Of a stretch of DNA of 64,000 nt, positions 11,866 through 23,348 are shown piece after piece. Source of the DNA: Blastocladiella emersonii ATCC 22665. Taxonomy: Eukaryota; Fungi; Blastocladiomycota. Made by a program: the position numbers and the translations under genes. The stretch lies in assembly GCA_025594325.1 (NCBI GenBank), contig JANHCV010000009.1:248001-312000 (forward strand), read 5' to 3'. Each line of letters begins with the position of its first letter. Position 1 is the stretch's first letter. The notes beneath the pieces were generated by a model that saw only the letters and a program-made list of their open reading frames with translations, was not told where the DNA came from and made no database searches.

Positions 11866-14308
11866 TCAGAAATCGTCGTCCTCATCGGCACCCTCGTCAG
11901 CCCACGCGAGATCCGCGTCGACCTCGTCGCGCATCGCGTCGAGCCCCGTGAGCTTCTCGAGGACCGCGGGCTGGTTGCACACGTCGCGCACAAAGTCGAT
12001 GCGGCGTTCGCGGTACGCGGCGAGAATCTACGGACACATGGAGTGAGTTGAGGCCCAGACGGAGTGAGACGCGAATGAGCCGACGTACCCGGTCCGAACA
12101 CGCCGTGCACTTGTCGTACGCCTGGCCCGAGATGAGCAGGGTCTCGTGGTTGTGCAGGAACCCGCGCAGCTGGTGCGGCACCTTGCCGAGGACGCCCTGG
12201 CTGTTGGCCGCGGCCGCGTTCCTATCGAAGCCGAAGAGCGGGTGAGCGAGGCCGCGCATGACGAGGGAAGATGGCGACGCCCGTACCGTTCGGGATGGTT
12301 CATGATAGACGCGAGTAGCTCGACGGCGTTGGCGCCCGCGATGGCGGCGAGGCCAGGGCGCGACACGGTGCACATCTGGTCGAGCGTGCGATCCGACAGC
12401 GACTACAAATCGGTGTACGGGTCAACGACGCCGATCCGCACAAACACGCGGAAGACGTACATCGGTGGGCGCAACCACGTCGTTGCAGTAGTAGCACCCG
12501 AGCTTGTCCGAGTGGCGCATCACGACGTACGAGTCGAACCCGAGCGCCGCGTTGATGACGAGCTACACTCGAGTGGCGGTCAGAATCCCGCCCATACTCC
12601 GCAACGTGGCCGTGAGTACCTTGTTGTGGAACCGGCCCAGCATGGTCGGGAGCCACCGGCTCTCGCGCGAATCCATGAGGAGGAAGATGGCGTCGTGCGA
12701 CGTGATCAGGGCCTCGAGCGTGTGCATGGTGTCGAGAAACTCGGCCTCGTTGAGCACCGGGTGCCCGGGCATCGGGATGCCCATGACGTGGCCCGTCGTA
12801 TTCTACATCCACACGTGCGTCAGCCGGGCCCAGCCGTCATCGCGAGGAGAGAGCGTACCAGCGACGGGAGCACCTCCTTGAGCCGGTCGGCCGCGGCAAC
12901 CGCCTTATCCTTTCCGCCGTCGAGGCAGTCGGCGAAGGTGAAGAGCGGCTGGCGCACGGGGTTGGAGAACGACACCTTGCCGCTGTCGACGAAGGTGACG
13001 TGGCGGACGCCCCACGCGACGAGGCCGCGAGCAACGTAGCACCCGAGCGTGCCCGCGCCGAGAAGGAGGCACTTGGCCGACGCAATGGGCGCGAGGTCGA
13101 GCTCTGGGAGGACGCGCCACTTCATCAGCTTGAGGTTCAGGTGGACGGCCTCGTCGGCGAGGCTATACACGGAGCAGCACGTGAGTGAGCGATCATCGAG
13201 CACGCGGGAGCAAGACCGAGCCTACCGCTGCGGGTCCATCATGTGCCTGAGATCGACCATGCGCGGGGCGAGCTTGCCGTTCGGGTGGCGCTCCCATCCG
13301 ACCGACTTGAGCGCCGCGTCCGACTCGGGCGGCTGCAGGTTGGCGAGGGTGAGGCGGACGTGTCGCGACAGCATGCCAGCGTCCTTGTTGCCCTCAATCG
13401 TCAGGTCGTGGCGCGCGAGAACCAGGGTGCACGCGATGACACCGGCGTGCGCGAGAGCGATCAGGAGGTTGCGCACGGGCCAGCCGGGGTTGTCGGCGAG
13501 CGAGGACGGGTCCGAGACGACGACGAGCAGGCTGGTCCGGGCGCGGATGTCCGGGTCGGCAATGCGGGCGAGCGGGAGGTACTCGAGGTCGGCTTCGGGG
13601 CGGTCGTCGGGGCGCGAGAGGAGGAAGGCGAGCGAGGGCGCGTGGGTGCGAAATGCGGTGCCGATGAGCGCCTACACGACATCCAGGAGTCAGACCATGA
13701 ACCGGGCGGAAAACAACACCGCAAAGCGTACCAGGTCTTTTTCAGAGACCGCGTCACAAAGCAAGCCCTGCGCGACGACGGCCACGTCGAGCGGGACGGT
13801 CAGGGCGGGGAAGCCGAACCAGTAGTAGAACTTGAACTTTTTCAGGTCGGCAAACGTGACGAGGACGAAGCGGAGCAGCTCGCGCGGGTCGGTCAGGGCG
13901 CGGTGCGACGTGATACTGGCCCAGATTTCGGCGGCGGCCGCGTTGAAGAGCGCGGGCTTGTCCATGGCCTTGAACTCCTCGATGGTGTTGGCGTTCTTGA
14001 GGGTGCCGGGCGCGCGGCACGCGACGCTCGAGAGACTACTCTCGAGCAGGCGCTGTGAGTCTCATACGTCTGCCGCGGACCCGAAAGGCGTACTTTAGGG
14101 AAAGCGGATCGAGCGAGCCGCCCTCGAGCGACAGGCACGCGGGCAGGCTCGAGTAGGCATCCTCAGCGGTCTTGACGAGGCGGCCGGGCACAAAGCTGCC
14201 GGCGACGGCGATGGGCGCGTCGCTGAGGCGCAGGACCTCGAGCTTGTGCTTGGCAAGGGCGTGCCAGAACGACGGCTCGACGGCCGACGTGAACGGGAGG
14301 TACTGCAT
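11866..14308 (-). CDS. ATG7: Autophagy E1-like enzyme Atg7 (multi-exon)
   Basis: [79 protein letters not shown] and catalytic MCTVSRPG. Confidence 0.97.
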
Positions 14309-14695
14309 GGTGTGGTTGCTTTGATCAAGTTGCATTCAGTTATGGTTTCGCAGGGAGAGAGGGAGAGCGTGGGACGAACGAACGCGAAACCCCGAAACGG
14401 AGCGCGACGCGTCGATCGGCGGCATCACCTGACGGCTGCAGCGCGCCGCGTGACTGTGGCGATCACCGCGTGCGCAAAGTGTCTCCCTTTCAGTTTTCGC
14501 CTTCAAGGTTCCTCTCCCTGCTCGGGAACTCGACGTCTGCCCCACACGAACGCCCTCGACCCGACGTGCATTGCGCCACACTTGGCCCGAAAGCTTGTGC
14601 CCCTGCAGCCGCTCACGCGACCGCGTCCCGGCACGCGCCGCCGCCCAACCCACGCCCGCCCCACACCTTCCCCGCCCTTCCGCTTCCGCGCCCGC

Positions 14696-15975
14696 ATGAC
14701 GGCACCCGCCCACGCTGCCCTGCCGCCCACTGGCGCTGGCTCGCCGTCCCCCGCGGGCCGCCCGGCCGCGATCCTTCCTCTCGCGACGCCCGCTCCTCCC
14801 AACGTCGTGATCCACCGATACTCGTGCTGCGTCTCCGAGACTGGTACGCCGCCCACCCGCCCATGTGACGCTGCACACGACGCTGATCCGGACCACCGCG
14901 TAGCCACGCTCCCCGACGGCATGTCGCTCACGTTCCACAAGTACCCCGTCGCGGGCACCACGCTCACCGTCGCCGGCGTGGGCGAGGACGCTGACGACGA
15001 CACGTTCGACCCCAACTTCTTTGACGAGGGATACTCGCTCGCGGCGCAGACGGCTTACTCGGTGGTGCGCGTCTCTATCCGTTCGCGGCTTATCCGCTCG
15101 ATCACTCACGCCCGCCATGTACGCGCGTGTAGTGGGAAGGCGCCGCGTTCCTCCTCGAGTTCCTGCAGCGCGGCCTCGGGTCCGACGCGTCAGTCGAGGG
15201 CGCGCGCATCGCGGGCGAGATCCGCCGCCTGATCGGCGTCGGCGAGCACATTGACGCATCACGGCCCCCCAAGCTCGTCGAGCTCGGCAGCGGGACGGGC
15301 GCCGCGGGTCTCGGTCTCGCGCTCCTCGGCGCCGACGCGCTGCTCACGGACGTGGCCTCGGTCGTCCCGTCGATCCGCGACAACGTCCAGCGCAACCAGT
15401 CCGCCGCCGCGCGCGAGCCCGGCCTGTCCTCGTGGCGCGCGGCGGACGCGCTTCCCGTCGGCAAGCAGGGCCACGCGGCGGCGCAGACGCTCAACTGGAT
15501 GCTCCCGCTCGACCGGCAGTGCGCGCCCGTCGACCCGCGCTCCGCGCGCGTGCTGCTCGCGACCGAGACCACTTGGCTGCGCGAGCTCGTCGATCCGTTC
15601 GTCGCAACGAGCGCCGCGCTGCTGGCCTCCCCCCTATCCCCCGAACCCGAGCTCGATACCCCGCTCAGCCCGGTCCCCGTGTCGGTGGCAACGCCGCACG
15701 ACCTGATCCAGTACCTCTTCGACCGGCCGACGCGCAAGTTCATGCTGTGGGTGTACAAGGAGCGCGGGACCGCCGCGTCGCAGACCTTCACCACGTTCCC
15801 GCTCGTCAAGGGCGTGTTTGAGGGGTGCGGGTGCCGCGTCCACACGGTCCACCGTGAGGCGAGCCGCGAGGACCCCAACCAGTTTGTCCGCGTCAACCTC
15901 GTCGTGTTCGGCGCGTCGCCGTTCGACGCCGACCACAACGACGTGACCCAGGTCGGGCCCGAGGTCGCTGCATGA
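14696..15975 (+). CDS. METTL21/EEF-type protein lysine methyltransferase (Methyltransf_16); intron 15065-15132
   Basis: After splicing: AYSVWEGAAFL, LVELGSGTGAAGL, ALLTDVASV, LNW, LLATETTW. Confidence 0.85.
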
Positions 15976-16270
15976 ACCACTGCGTGTATGTAAATAGATT
16001 TAGTCCAAATGTCTCGCACGTCTCCCACTCCCGCGCGTGACCTCACCTGGTTTCGCGTCGCGTTGCGCGACGCGTCTCCCGCCCACCAGGTCGCACACGC
16101 GTTCGTTCCGTACGACCCTCATCGTGGCGCGGCGTCCGCGCTGCCTGCAACGGAACGGGTCGAGGGAACACGGAGGCCTGTGCGCCCCCTGCATCGATCG
16201 GACCACCTGCCTCGCTCTCCTCCTGCTCGACCAAGAAGAAGGACGGATCGCATAGCAACGCATCAACACC

Positions 16271-19028
16271 ATGCCACCAGTCGCCGTCGAGCCGACGGCG
16301 GCCGACACGGGCGGCGGCAGCGGGCCCGCGAAACCCGCGTCCGCGAGCTCGGCCGTCGTCCTCAAGGTGAACCTGCCCATGGGCCAGAAGCCCAAGATGC
16401 TCAAGTTCGACGGCGCCGAGTCCGTGTGGAACGCCAAGATGCAGCTGATCCAGCTGCTGCCGGACCTGGCGTCGTCGGTCCGCGACCTGTGGAACTGGGG
16501 CGTGCTCAACGAGTCGGCCTCGGTCCGCCTCCGCGCCCTGCCATCGCACAAGTCGGCCGTCGTCAACAAGGCGTTCCTCGACGACGGCAAGTCGTTTGAG
16601 CAGTGCAAGCTCGCGGGCGAGGTACGCTTGTCGCGGATGCGACGAGAGTGGGCGTGGCGTGGCCTGACGCGAATGTGGGGTGTGTAGGCGACGGTCCAGT
16701 TCCTCCCGCGGTACCGCATCACGCAGCTCACCGACAAGGAGGCTGGCAAGGTCAACACCAAGAAGATGCAGAAGAAGCTCATGGAGTGCCTCGCCGCGCG
16801 CCAGGTTGACAAGATCAAGGAGTACCTCGACCGCGGCCTCGACCCCAACTTTGTCACGGACAACGACGGTACGATCACATTCTGTCGCCCGTTCTCGCGC
16901 TCCGACACTGACCATGTCCCCATCGGCGCACGTGTAGAGACCCCGCTCATTGCGGCCGTGCAGACAGACGACAAGAACCTGGTCAAGCTGCTGGTCGAGG
17001 ACGGCGGCGCGCACCTGGACCTGCGTGCGCCCGACGGCCGGACCCCGCTGCACGTCGCGGCCGCATCCAACAAGGTGGTCGCGCTCCGCTCCCTGATCGC
17101 GCTCGGCGCGTGGGTCGATGCGCCCGAGCCGTCGACGAGCAACACGCCGCTACACGCGGCGGCGTCTGCGGGGCACGCCGACGCCGTGAGCCAGCTGCTC
17201 GCGGCGCGGGCGAACCCGAACCCGGTCGACCGTAACGGCAAGACGCCGCTGCACGCGGCGTGCGCGGCGTCGACGCGCGCGGTGGTCGCGCTGCTCCTCG
17301 AGTACGGCGCCAACGCCAACTGCGTCAACGAGACGGGCAACACGCCCATGCACGTGTGCGCCGCCAACAACGCCGTCGAGTGCGCCCGCGAGCTGCTCAA
17401 GCGCGGCGCCGCGCGCGACGTGCCGAACCGCACGGGCCAGGTCCCGCACCAGGTCGCGGTGCTCGCGACGAACTACGAGCTCGCTGAGGTCATTGATAAG
17501 TTTGCTGCGGACCAGATCGGTACGGTGCTCGCGGCGCGATGTGGTGGAGTGTGAGCTGACCCGACGTGTGCATCGTGTAGAGCTCCTGCCCGCGCCCGGG
17601 GCCAAGCTGTACTCAGACTGGGAGGAGAAGAAGAAGGAGATCGACCAGCAAGCCGCGCGGGACCGCGATCGCGAGCAGCAACAACAGCAACAACAACAGC
17701 AGCAGTCGGCCGCCGCGGCCGCCGCGGCCACGTCGACCCTCGACCGCGCCCTGCCCAACGGCCTGACCCCGCTGTCGCTGACGCGCGACCGGTCGACGTC
17801 GGACGCGAACCCACCACGGTCGCCGACCATGTCGTCGTTCCAGCACACGCACAGCCACCTGTACCACGCGCACAGCAGCTACGCGGCGTCCAGCTCGTCG
17901 ACCGACTCGGCGAGCCAGCTGCCGCCGCCCCCACCGCCCCTCCCGGACGCGTACATCAACGCGGTTCGCGGCCGCACCACGTCGAACGGGATTGCGGACG
18001 CGTACGGCAGCATGACCCGCGGCCCGGGCGGTGCCGCCGGGCTACCGCCGCCGCCGCCTCCCCCGCTCCCGTCGTCGGCGGGGTCCAACTACGGCGGCGG
18101 GTCGTACCAGCAGCAGCAACAGCAGCAGGGCTACGGCGGCCTCCCACCACCCCCGCCTCCCCTCCCGCAGACGTCGCAGCAGCAGCAGCAGCTCCCGCCC
18201 CCACCTCCGCCGCCACCCAGCAACCAGTACGGCGGCGGGACGTGGAACCAGCTGCAGTCGCCGCCGCCCGAGAGCGAGCCGCCGTCGTCGTCGTACGGCA
18301 CGCTGCACGCGTGGACGTCGGCCGGCAGCCTGTCGATGCTCCCTCCGCCGCCGCCCCCTCCGCCGCCCCCACCGATGGGCCTCCCACCACCGCCGCCACC
18401 GCTCCCGGGCAACGGCGGGATGTTGGCGAGTCCGACGATGAACAACATGTGGTCGCCGACTCCAAACCCGCCGCCGCCGCCGCCGCCGCCGTTGCCCGGG
18501 CAGGGGTATGCGCAGCAGCAGCCGCAGTATCAACAACATCAGGGATACGGTCAACAGCAGGTCTATGGTCAGCAGCAGCACCAGCAGCAGGGGTACATGA
18601 CGCAGCGGCAGCCGTCCCCGCAGCAGCAGGGCTACTACGGCACCGTGTCGAGCGCGTACGGTCTTCAGCAGCAGCAGCAGCAGCCCATGTCGCCCATGTC
18701 GCCGATCGGCGGCCCCGGCGGGTCGCCGCAGCAGGGGTTCCACCAGCAGCAGCAGCCGTCGCCCGGGTACGGGTACCAGCAGCCGCAGCAGCAGGGCTAC
18801 TCGCCTTCTGGCCACGGTCCGCCGCCGCCGCCGATGCACCCGCTGCCGCCACCTCCCGGCGCAGGCGGCGCCGCCGCTCTCCCTCCCGACCTGCCGCGCA
18901 TCCTCACGACGATGAACGCGGAGCAGCGGCGGGCCGTCAAGCAGCTCATGGACGAGAACGCGCGGCACGCGGGCGACGTCCAGCGGCTGCGCGCGCGGTT
19001 GGCGGCGTACGGGCTGCCTGTTGATTAA
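16271..19028 (+). CDS. SHANK-like N-terminal ubiquitin-like (SPN/FERM F0) plus ankyrin-repeat protein with poly-Pro/Gln tail; introns 16622-16687, 16869-16937, 17520-17580
   Basis: VVLKVNLP..KMLKFD..SVWNAK, AFLDDGK, KKLMECL..DKIKEYLDRGLDPNF, GGAHLDLRAPDG, LLEYGAN..GNTPMHVCA..ECARELLKRGA..QVAVLATNYELAEVI are collinear with the Shank SPN-ANK region. Confidence 0.8.
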
Positions 19029-19193
19029 CGAGGAGGTGAGAGAGAGAGTAGTGGTTGATCTATTGATGGACTTTTTCACATTGGCGGGCGGGAACGGTTC
19101 ACAAAGGACGAGAGAGGAGCACTCCGGGGTCTAAGGGCGAGGTAAAGCGGGAAAGGAGGGATGAGGGTAGTCGAACGGCGGCAGTCGAGAAGC

Positions 19194-20120
19194 TTACATG
19201 GGCGAGACCTTGGACTTGGTCGGGGACCCGCTGCCCGAAGCGGCCGGGTTGACGACGATGCCGGTCTGGGCCTTGAGCGCGAGCAGCTTCTCGAGCCGCT
19301 GCTTGCGCGCCGCGTCCTCGGACGTGGCCCACATCTTGTCGAAGGCGGCCTGGAACTCGCCCGCAGGCTTGCTGGCGTCGAGCAGGAGCACGGGCGCGGG
19401 CAGGTCGAGCTCGAGGAAGTCGCGCTGCGAGACGGCCTGCGGCGTGACCAGCGAGTGCGCGCACACAAACGTCACCTGCTTGGCCGATGACCGCACGATC
19501 TCGGGCAGCGGCGCCTTGCGGTCGCGGCGCGGGTCGAGCACGTAGACGATTAGGTTCGCCGAGTCCCACGCCTTGGCCAGCATCGTCGCGTAGAACCCGG
19601 TCGTCGACGGGAACACCTTGACGGAGTGCGTCGGCGACGTCGCCGCACGGTACGTCAGCTCGCGCGACAGCTTTACGTCCGCGAAGGGACCGACGTGCGG
19701 CTCCAGCAGCGTCTCGAGCGCGACCAGCGGCACGTCCGCGTCGCCGAGAACGACAACGTGCTGCTGCGGCGGGGCGTACTTGGGGAACACCCACGACGCG
19801 AACCGCGCGAGGACATCGGCGAGCGACGTCTCGCCGGCCTGCTGCCGCGCCGACGTCGCGGGCGGCGTCGACGGGCGCGACGGCGGCGTCTTGGTCCCGG
19901 CCGCACGGACCGTCGACGTCGACGAGGTCGAGCTGGCCGAGCTGCTGCGCGAGTGGCGCGAGGAGGTGGTAGAGGACGGGCTGCGGGGGGCGTGCATCGG
20001 GTCGGATTCGTGGTCGCTGGCGTCGCTGCTGCTGTCGTAGTTGATGGTCAGGGTCGAGGTGGGCACGGGCAAGATGGTAGCGAGCTCCTCGGTCGATTGC
20101 ATGGGGTTGAAACTCGACAT
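19194..20120 (-). CDS. Ser-rich N-terminus plus degenerate small-GTPase-like (Arf-like) domain
   Basis: HVVVLGDAD, VKVF, AWDSANLIVYVLD..D and VTFVC follow the G-domain strand order but lack GKT, DxxG and NKxD; TATAAAG at 20148-20154. Confidence 0.5.
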   Translation of the reverse strand: MSSFNPMQSTEELATILPVPTSTLTINYDSSSDASDHESDPMHAPRSPSSTTSSRHSRSSSASSTSSTSTVRAAGTKTPPSRPSTPPATSARQQAGETSLADVLARFASWVFPKYAPPQQHVVVLGDADVPLVALETLLEPHVGPFADVKLSRELTYRAATSPTHSVKVFPSTTGFYATMLAKAWDSANLIVYVLDPRRDRKAPLPEIVRSSAKQVTFVCAHSLVTPQAVSQRDFLELDLPAPVLLLDASKPAGEFQAAFDKMWATSEDAARKQRLEKLLALKAQTGIVVNPAASGSGSPTKSKVSPM

Positions 20121-20430
20121 TGCTGAGGGTGCGGGGGAGCGGGCCGTCTTTATAGTCCTGGGCGAGGCCGTGCGGGGGAGGCCGTGCGGGGAAGAGAGCG
20201 CCAACACGGCCGGCGGGGTGGATAAGAACACAAGGCGGTGGCGCCGCCGTTTGCTCAACTGATGAAACGCCGGTCCCCGCCATATCGGGGCTCTGTGACG
20301 CACTCGCATTCGAAGTTGTGGCTCAGCCACTACGTCGATACCTTATCCGTCGCGAAGCGCACCGCAAACGCCGCGGTGCGGGGCGCCCATCGAGATGGCG
20401 AGCTTCTATCGCGGTCCTCACGCATGCGAG

Positions 20431-23155
20431 GGACCCTCCTATCCTGCACCACCCCCGGCTATTCTGCACCAGCCTCCTATCCTGCACCACCCCTCCATTC
20501 TGCACCAACGCCACATCACATGATAGTGAGGCACATCCAACTCCACGCCTTGGACGCGTTCCCACGCTCCGGGCGACTCCGAACCATACACACAAAATAT
20601 AATAACATGCAAAAAAGTTCTTGCAATGATATGCACGGCTATTGAGCGTATCGGGTGAGTGAGATTCACTTCGCCGCCCGCTGCCAAGTGGAACCACGCG
20701 TCTGCTGGAAAAATCAGAGTCTATACAGTCAACACATCAACACTGAACGTGCTCTTAGCACAAATCCGACTACTGCGCCTTCCGAAGAAGAGCTTGAAGG
20801 GCGCGTGCCGCCGATGTCAAGTGCACCTCCGCGTTCGCGCCGCTCGCAGCGGGTGCACGCACGGCAGCCGTTGACGCGGCCACGGCGCTAGACGCGAGCG
20901 CCGTGCTGGGGTCTGCGGCGCTGCCCGACACGGCCGCGGCGCTTGTTGCGGCCGTTCCGCGACGCGTCCGCTTCTGCGCCGACGCTGCATCTTTCTTGGC
21001 GGGGCGCTTCCGCTTTGCTACACGTAGAGCCAGGTTAGCTCCACACGTCCATAGCGATCGCGGCCCGCTCGTACCTTGCTTCGCGAAGTCACTCGGACAG
21101 CTCGCTGGGCGCGGCGGAGACTTGGGCGGACGCCCAACCTTGTTGCCGTACTTTCTGGGCGGGTTCCGGACGTCGGGGAGCGCGGATACCCGCGCTTTCT
21201 TGGCCTTGGGCGTCGCGTGCGCCGCGTCGATCCCTGCGTCGTCGTGATTGTCGTCAGGCAGCGGCATGTCGCCGAACTCGGTCTCGAGGAGAACGAGAAC
21301 TTCATCATCCCCACGCTCGAACTCCTCGTCCCAAACGGCAGCTGGAACAGGTCGCACGAGTTCACTGATTGGCCGACCGAAATCTGGACCCGGTAGGCTG
21401 GAACTGATGACGTGCCGGCCAGCGTAAAAAGAGCGCTTGGGGTCCGACATGTGCGTGGGCATGAGGTACGCGTTGTCGATCATGCTGAGCGTGAACCACG
21501 CGTCCTTGTCGTGATGCATGGCTGTGAACGCGTGCACACACGGGTACCCATGCGTGATCCCGCCGTGGCACGAGCACAGCAATGAATGGTCCTCGAACTT
21601 GACGACATACTCGAACACGCCCGGCGAGTCGTACAGGTGCACTCGCCATGCTACGGCCGCTCGCTTGTCAGTCACGTATCCGCGCACCGTACTGCTTGGG
21701 ATCGCTGCGACGCCGTGCTCGAGTTCGAGCTTGGACGCGCGGTGCTTGGGCACATCGTGTTCAGAACCGAATGATGACCTCGGCAACGGTCTGCAGCTCG
21801 TGAGGGATCGTGCGGCCGCCGACCTGATTCGCCTCGCGAACAAGTTCGAGCCCAACCGCGTCGTCCACATGCACGAGGCGAGAGTTTGTGTTTAGCCCGA
21901 ACGACTTCATGAGGCCGTTCATGCCCTCGACGCGCGAGCTGGTCGTGCTGCCCGCGCGGAAGAAGGTGCCAATCGCCCAGCTCGCCCACAGCCGCCGACG
22001 CGTGTACCAGGTACGAGTCGGGTACTCGTACACGCGATCGTCGAGATCTTGGGGTTTCTGGTTCCACAGGCGATTACACTCCTCCTCGGTCCGCGCCTCG
22101 TTAACGCGGCGCAGGAAGTTGCGCGCGGCTTTGCGCAGACCTTCGACGAACGGCGGATCGTCAGCAGTGCGTGGTACCGCCCGGCGCCGGCCGCTGTCGC
22201 GTGTGTCGACCACGACGTCCATGTGCCAGCGACACCCGATGCGCTGGCCGCGTGGGAACACGGCCTCGACGGCTTTCTGCGCGGCCTGGTCGAAATCGGT
22301 GATGACGACGAAGCCTTCAAAGTCGCGCGTGAGGTTGAGCGTCGCGTCCTTGATGAGTGTTTCCGGGTTGAGATTGAGCCCGACTGCTGCAGAGGAATCA
22401 GCCGAATCGCTGGAACGACAAATCACACTGTCAGTCGTTGAGCTCGAAACAGGAAATGGAGCGTTGTCAAGCTCTTCGTACCCGTCCGCGCGCGGCGTAT
22501 CGCTGCACTCGTTGCTGCGAACCGTCGATTGCTGAGCGGGTACACGAGCAGCGCCTTGATCGTCGTCCGCGTGCTCGAGTATGAGCGACTCGATCAGGGC
22601 GTTGGTCGCCTTGGCGGGGAGTGCGCGCGGCGGCATGACCGAGCGACCGCGCGCAGCGTCGATGGCCACTCGAAGCGCCGAAAACGCCCGCTTGTGGTCC
22701 TCGGTCTTCTGCCGCGAAAGCAGCGCTTGAGCCACTAGCCGGGTGTTGAGGTTGCCGTCAACCGCGACGAACACGGACAGGAACAGACCGTCCATGTTGG
22801 TCTTGTACGTGACGTCCTGCATGATGACGCGCGAGTGATCGCCTTGGACCTCGATCTGCTGGCGCCGAACCCAGAATACTCGGCGCGGCCCCTGCGTCTC
22901 GTGGTCAATGTCGACGAACCAGACCGGGTCCTCGTTGCGGTTGTCAAGTGTTGATTTTTTTTAAAGATACACGAGTAGTTTTTTACGCGTCTAGATTGCT
23001 CCTGATTTTTTTCGTCTCGAGGTGCAGCGGTCCTCGGCTGAACAAATCGACGCGTCGCGATATCATGTGATGTGGCGTTGGTGCAGAATGGAGGGGTGGT
23101 GCAGGATAGGAGACTGGTGCAGAATAGCCGGGGGTGGTGCAGGATAGGTTTTGCC
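20431..23155 (-). mobile_element. Mutator-like DNA transposon (MULE), 2725 bp, with 95-bp TIRs and 8-bp TSD CATGCGAG
   Basis: TIRs at 20431-20525 and 23061-23155 are near-identical inverted copies; CATGCGAG at 20423-20430 and 23156-23163; internal MULE transposase. Confidence 0.93.
20770..22935 (-). pseudogene. MULE/FAR1-type transposase, 5'-truncated and frame-disrupted near 21760-21800
   Basis: DPVWF..RVFW..QDVTYKTN (D1), ITDFDQA (D2), GCRWH, TSSRVEGMNG (E), SWIM finger CSC..GYPCVH, AT-hook-like GRPPK; the two parts are in different frames; upstream TAA and no N-terminal DNA-binding domain. Confidence 0.85.
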
Positions 23156-23348
23156 CATGCGAGTCGAACGGCCCTGGTTCCATCGCTTTCGCGATGACAG
23201 GCGTGCGATAGCGAAAGCCGCGAAGCTCATGTCATGGCCTTCGAGTCACGAAGTGTGTCGCGCCGGTGGCTCATCAGCCGTGGGATCAGTGACGCGTCGA
23301 GTGAATCAAAACAAGTTTATGATCTATGTACACGGAGCACAAATCTGC

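Noticed and set aside
20238-20645. Near-identical peptides LSCTTPGYSAP… in ORFs 20238-20645 and 22983-23183
   Set aside because: Translations of the MULE TIRs, not genes
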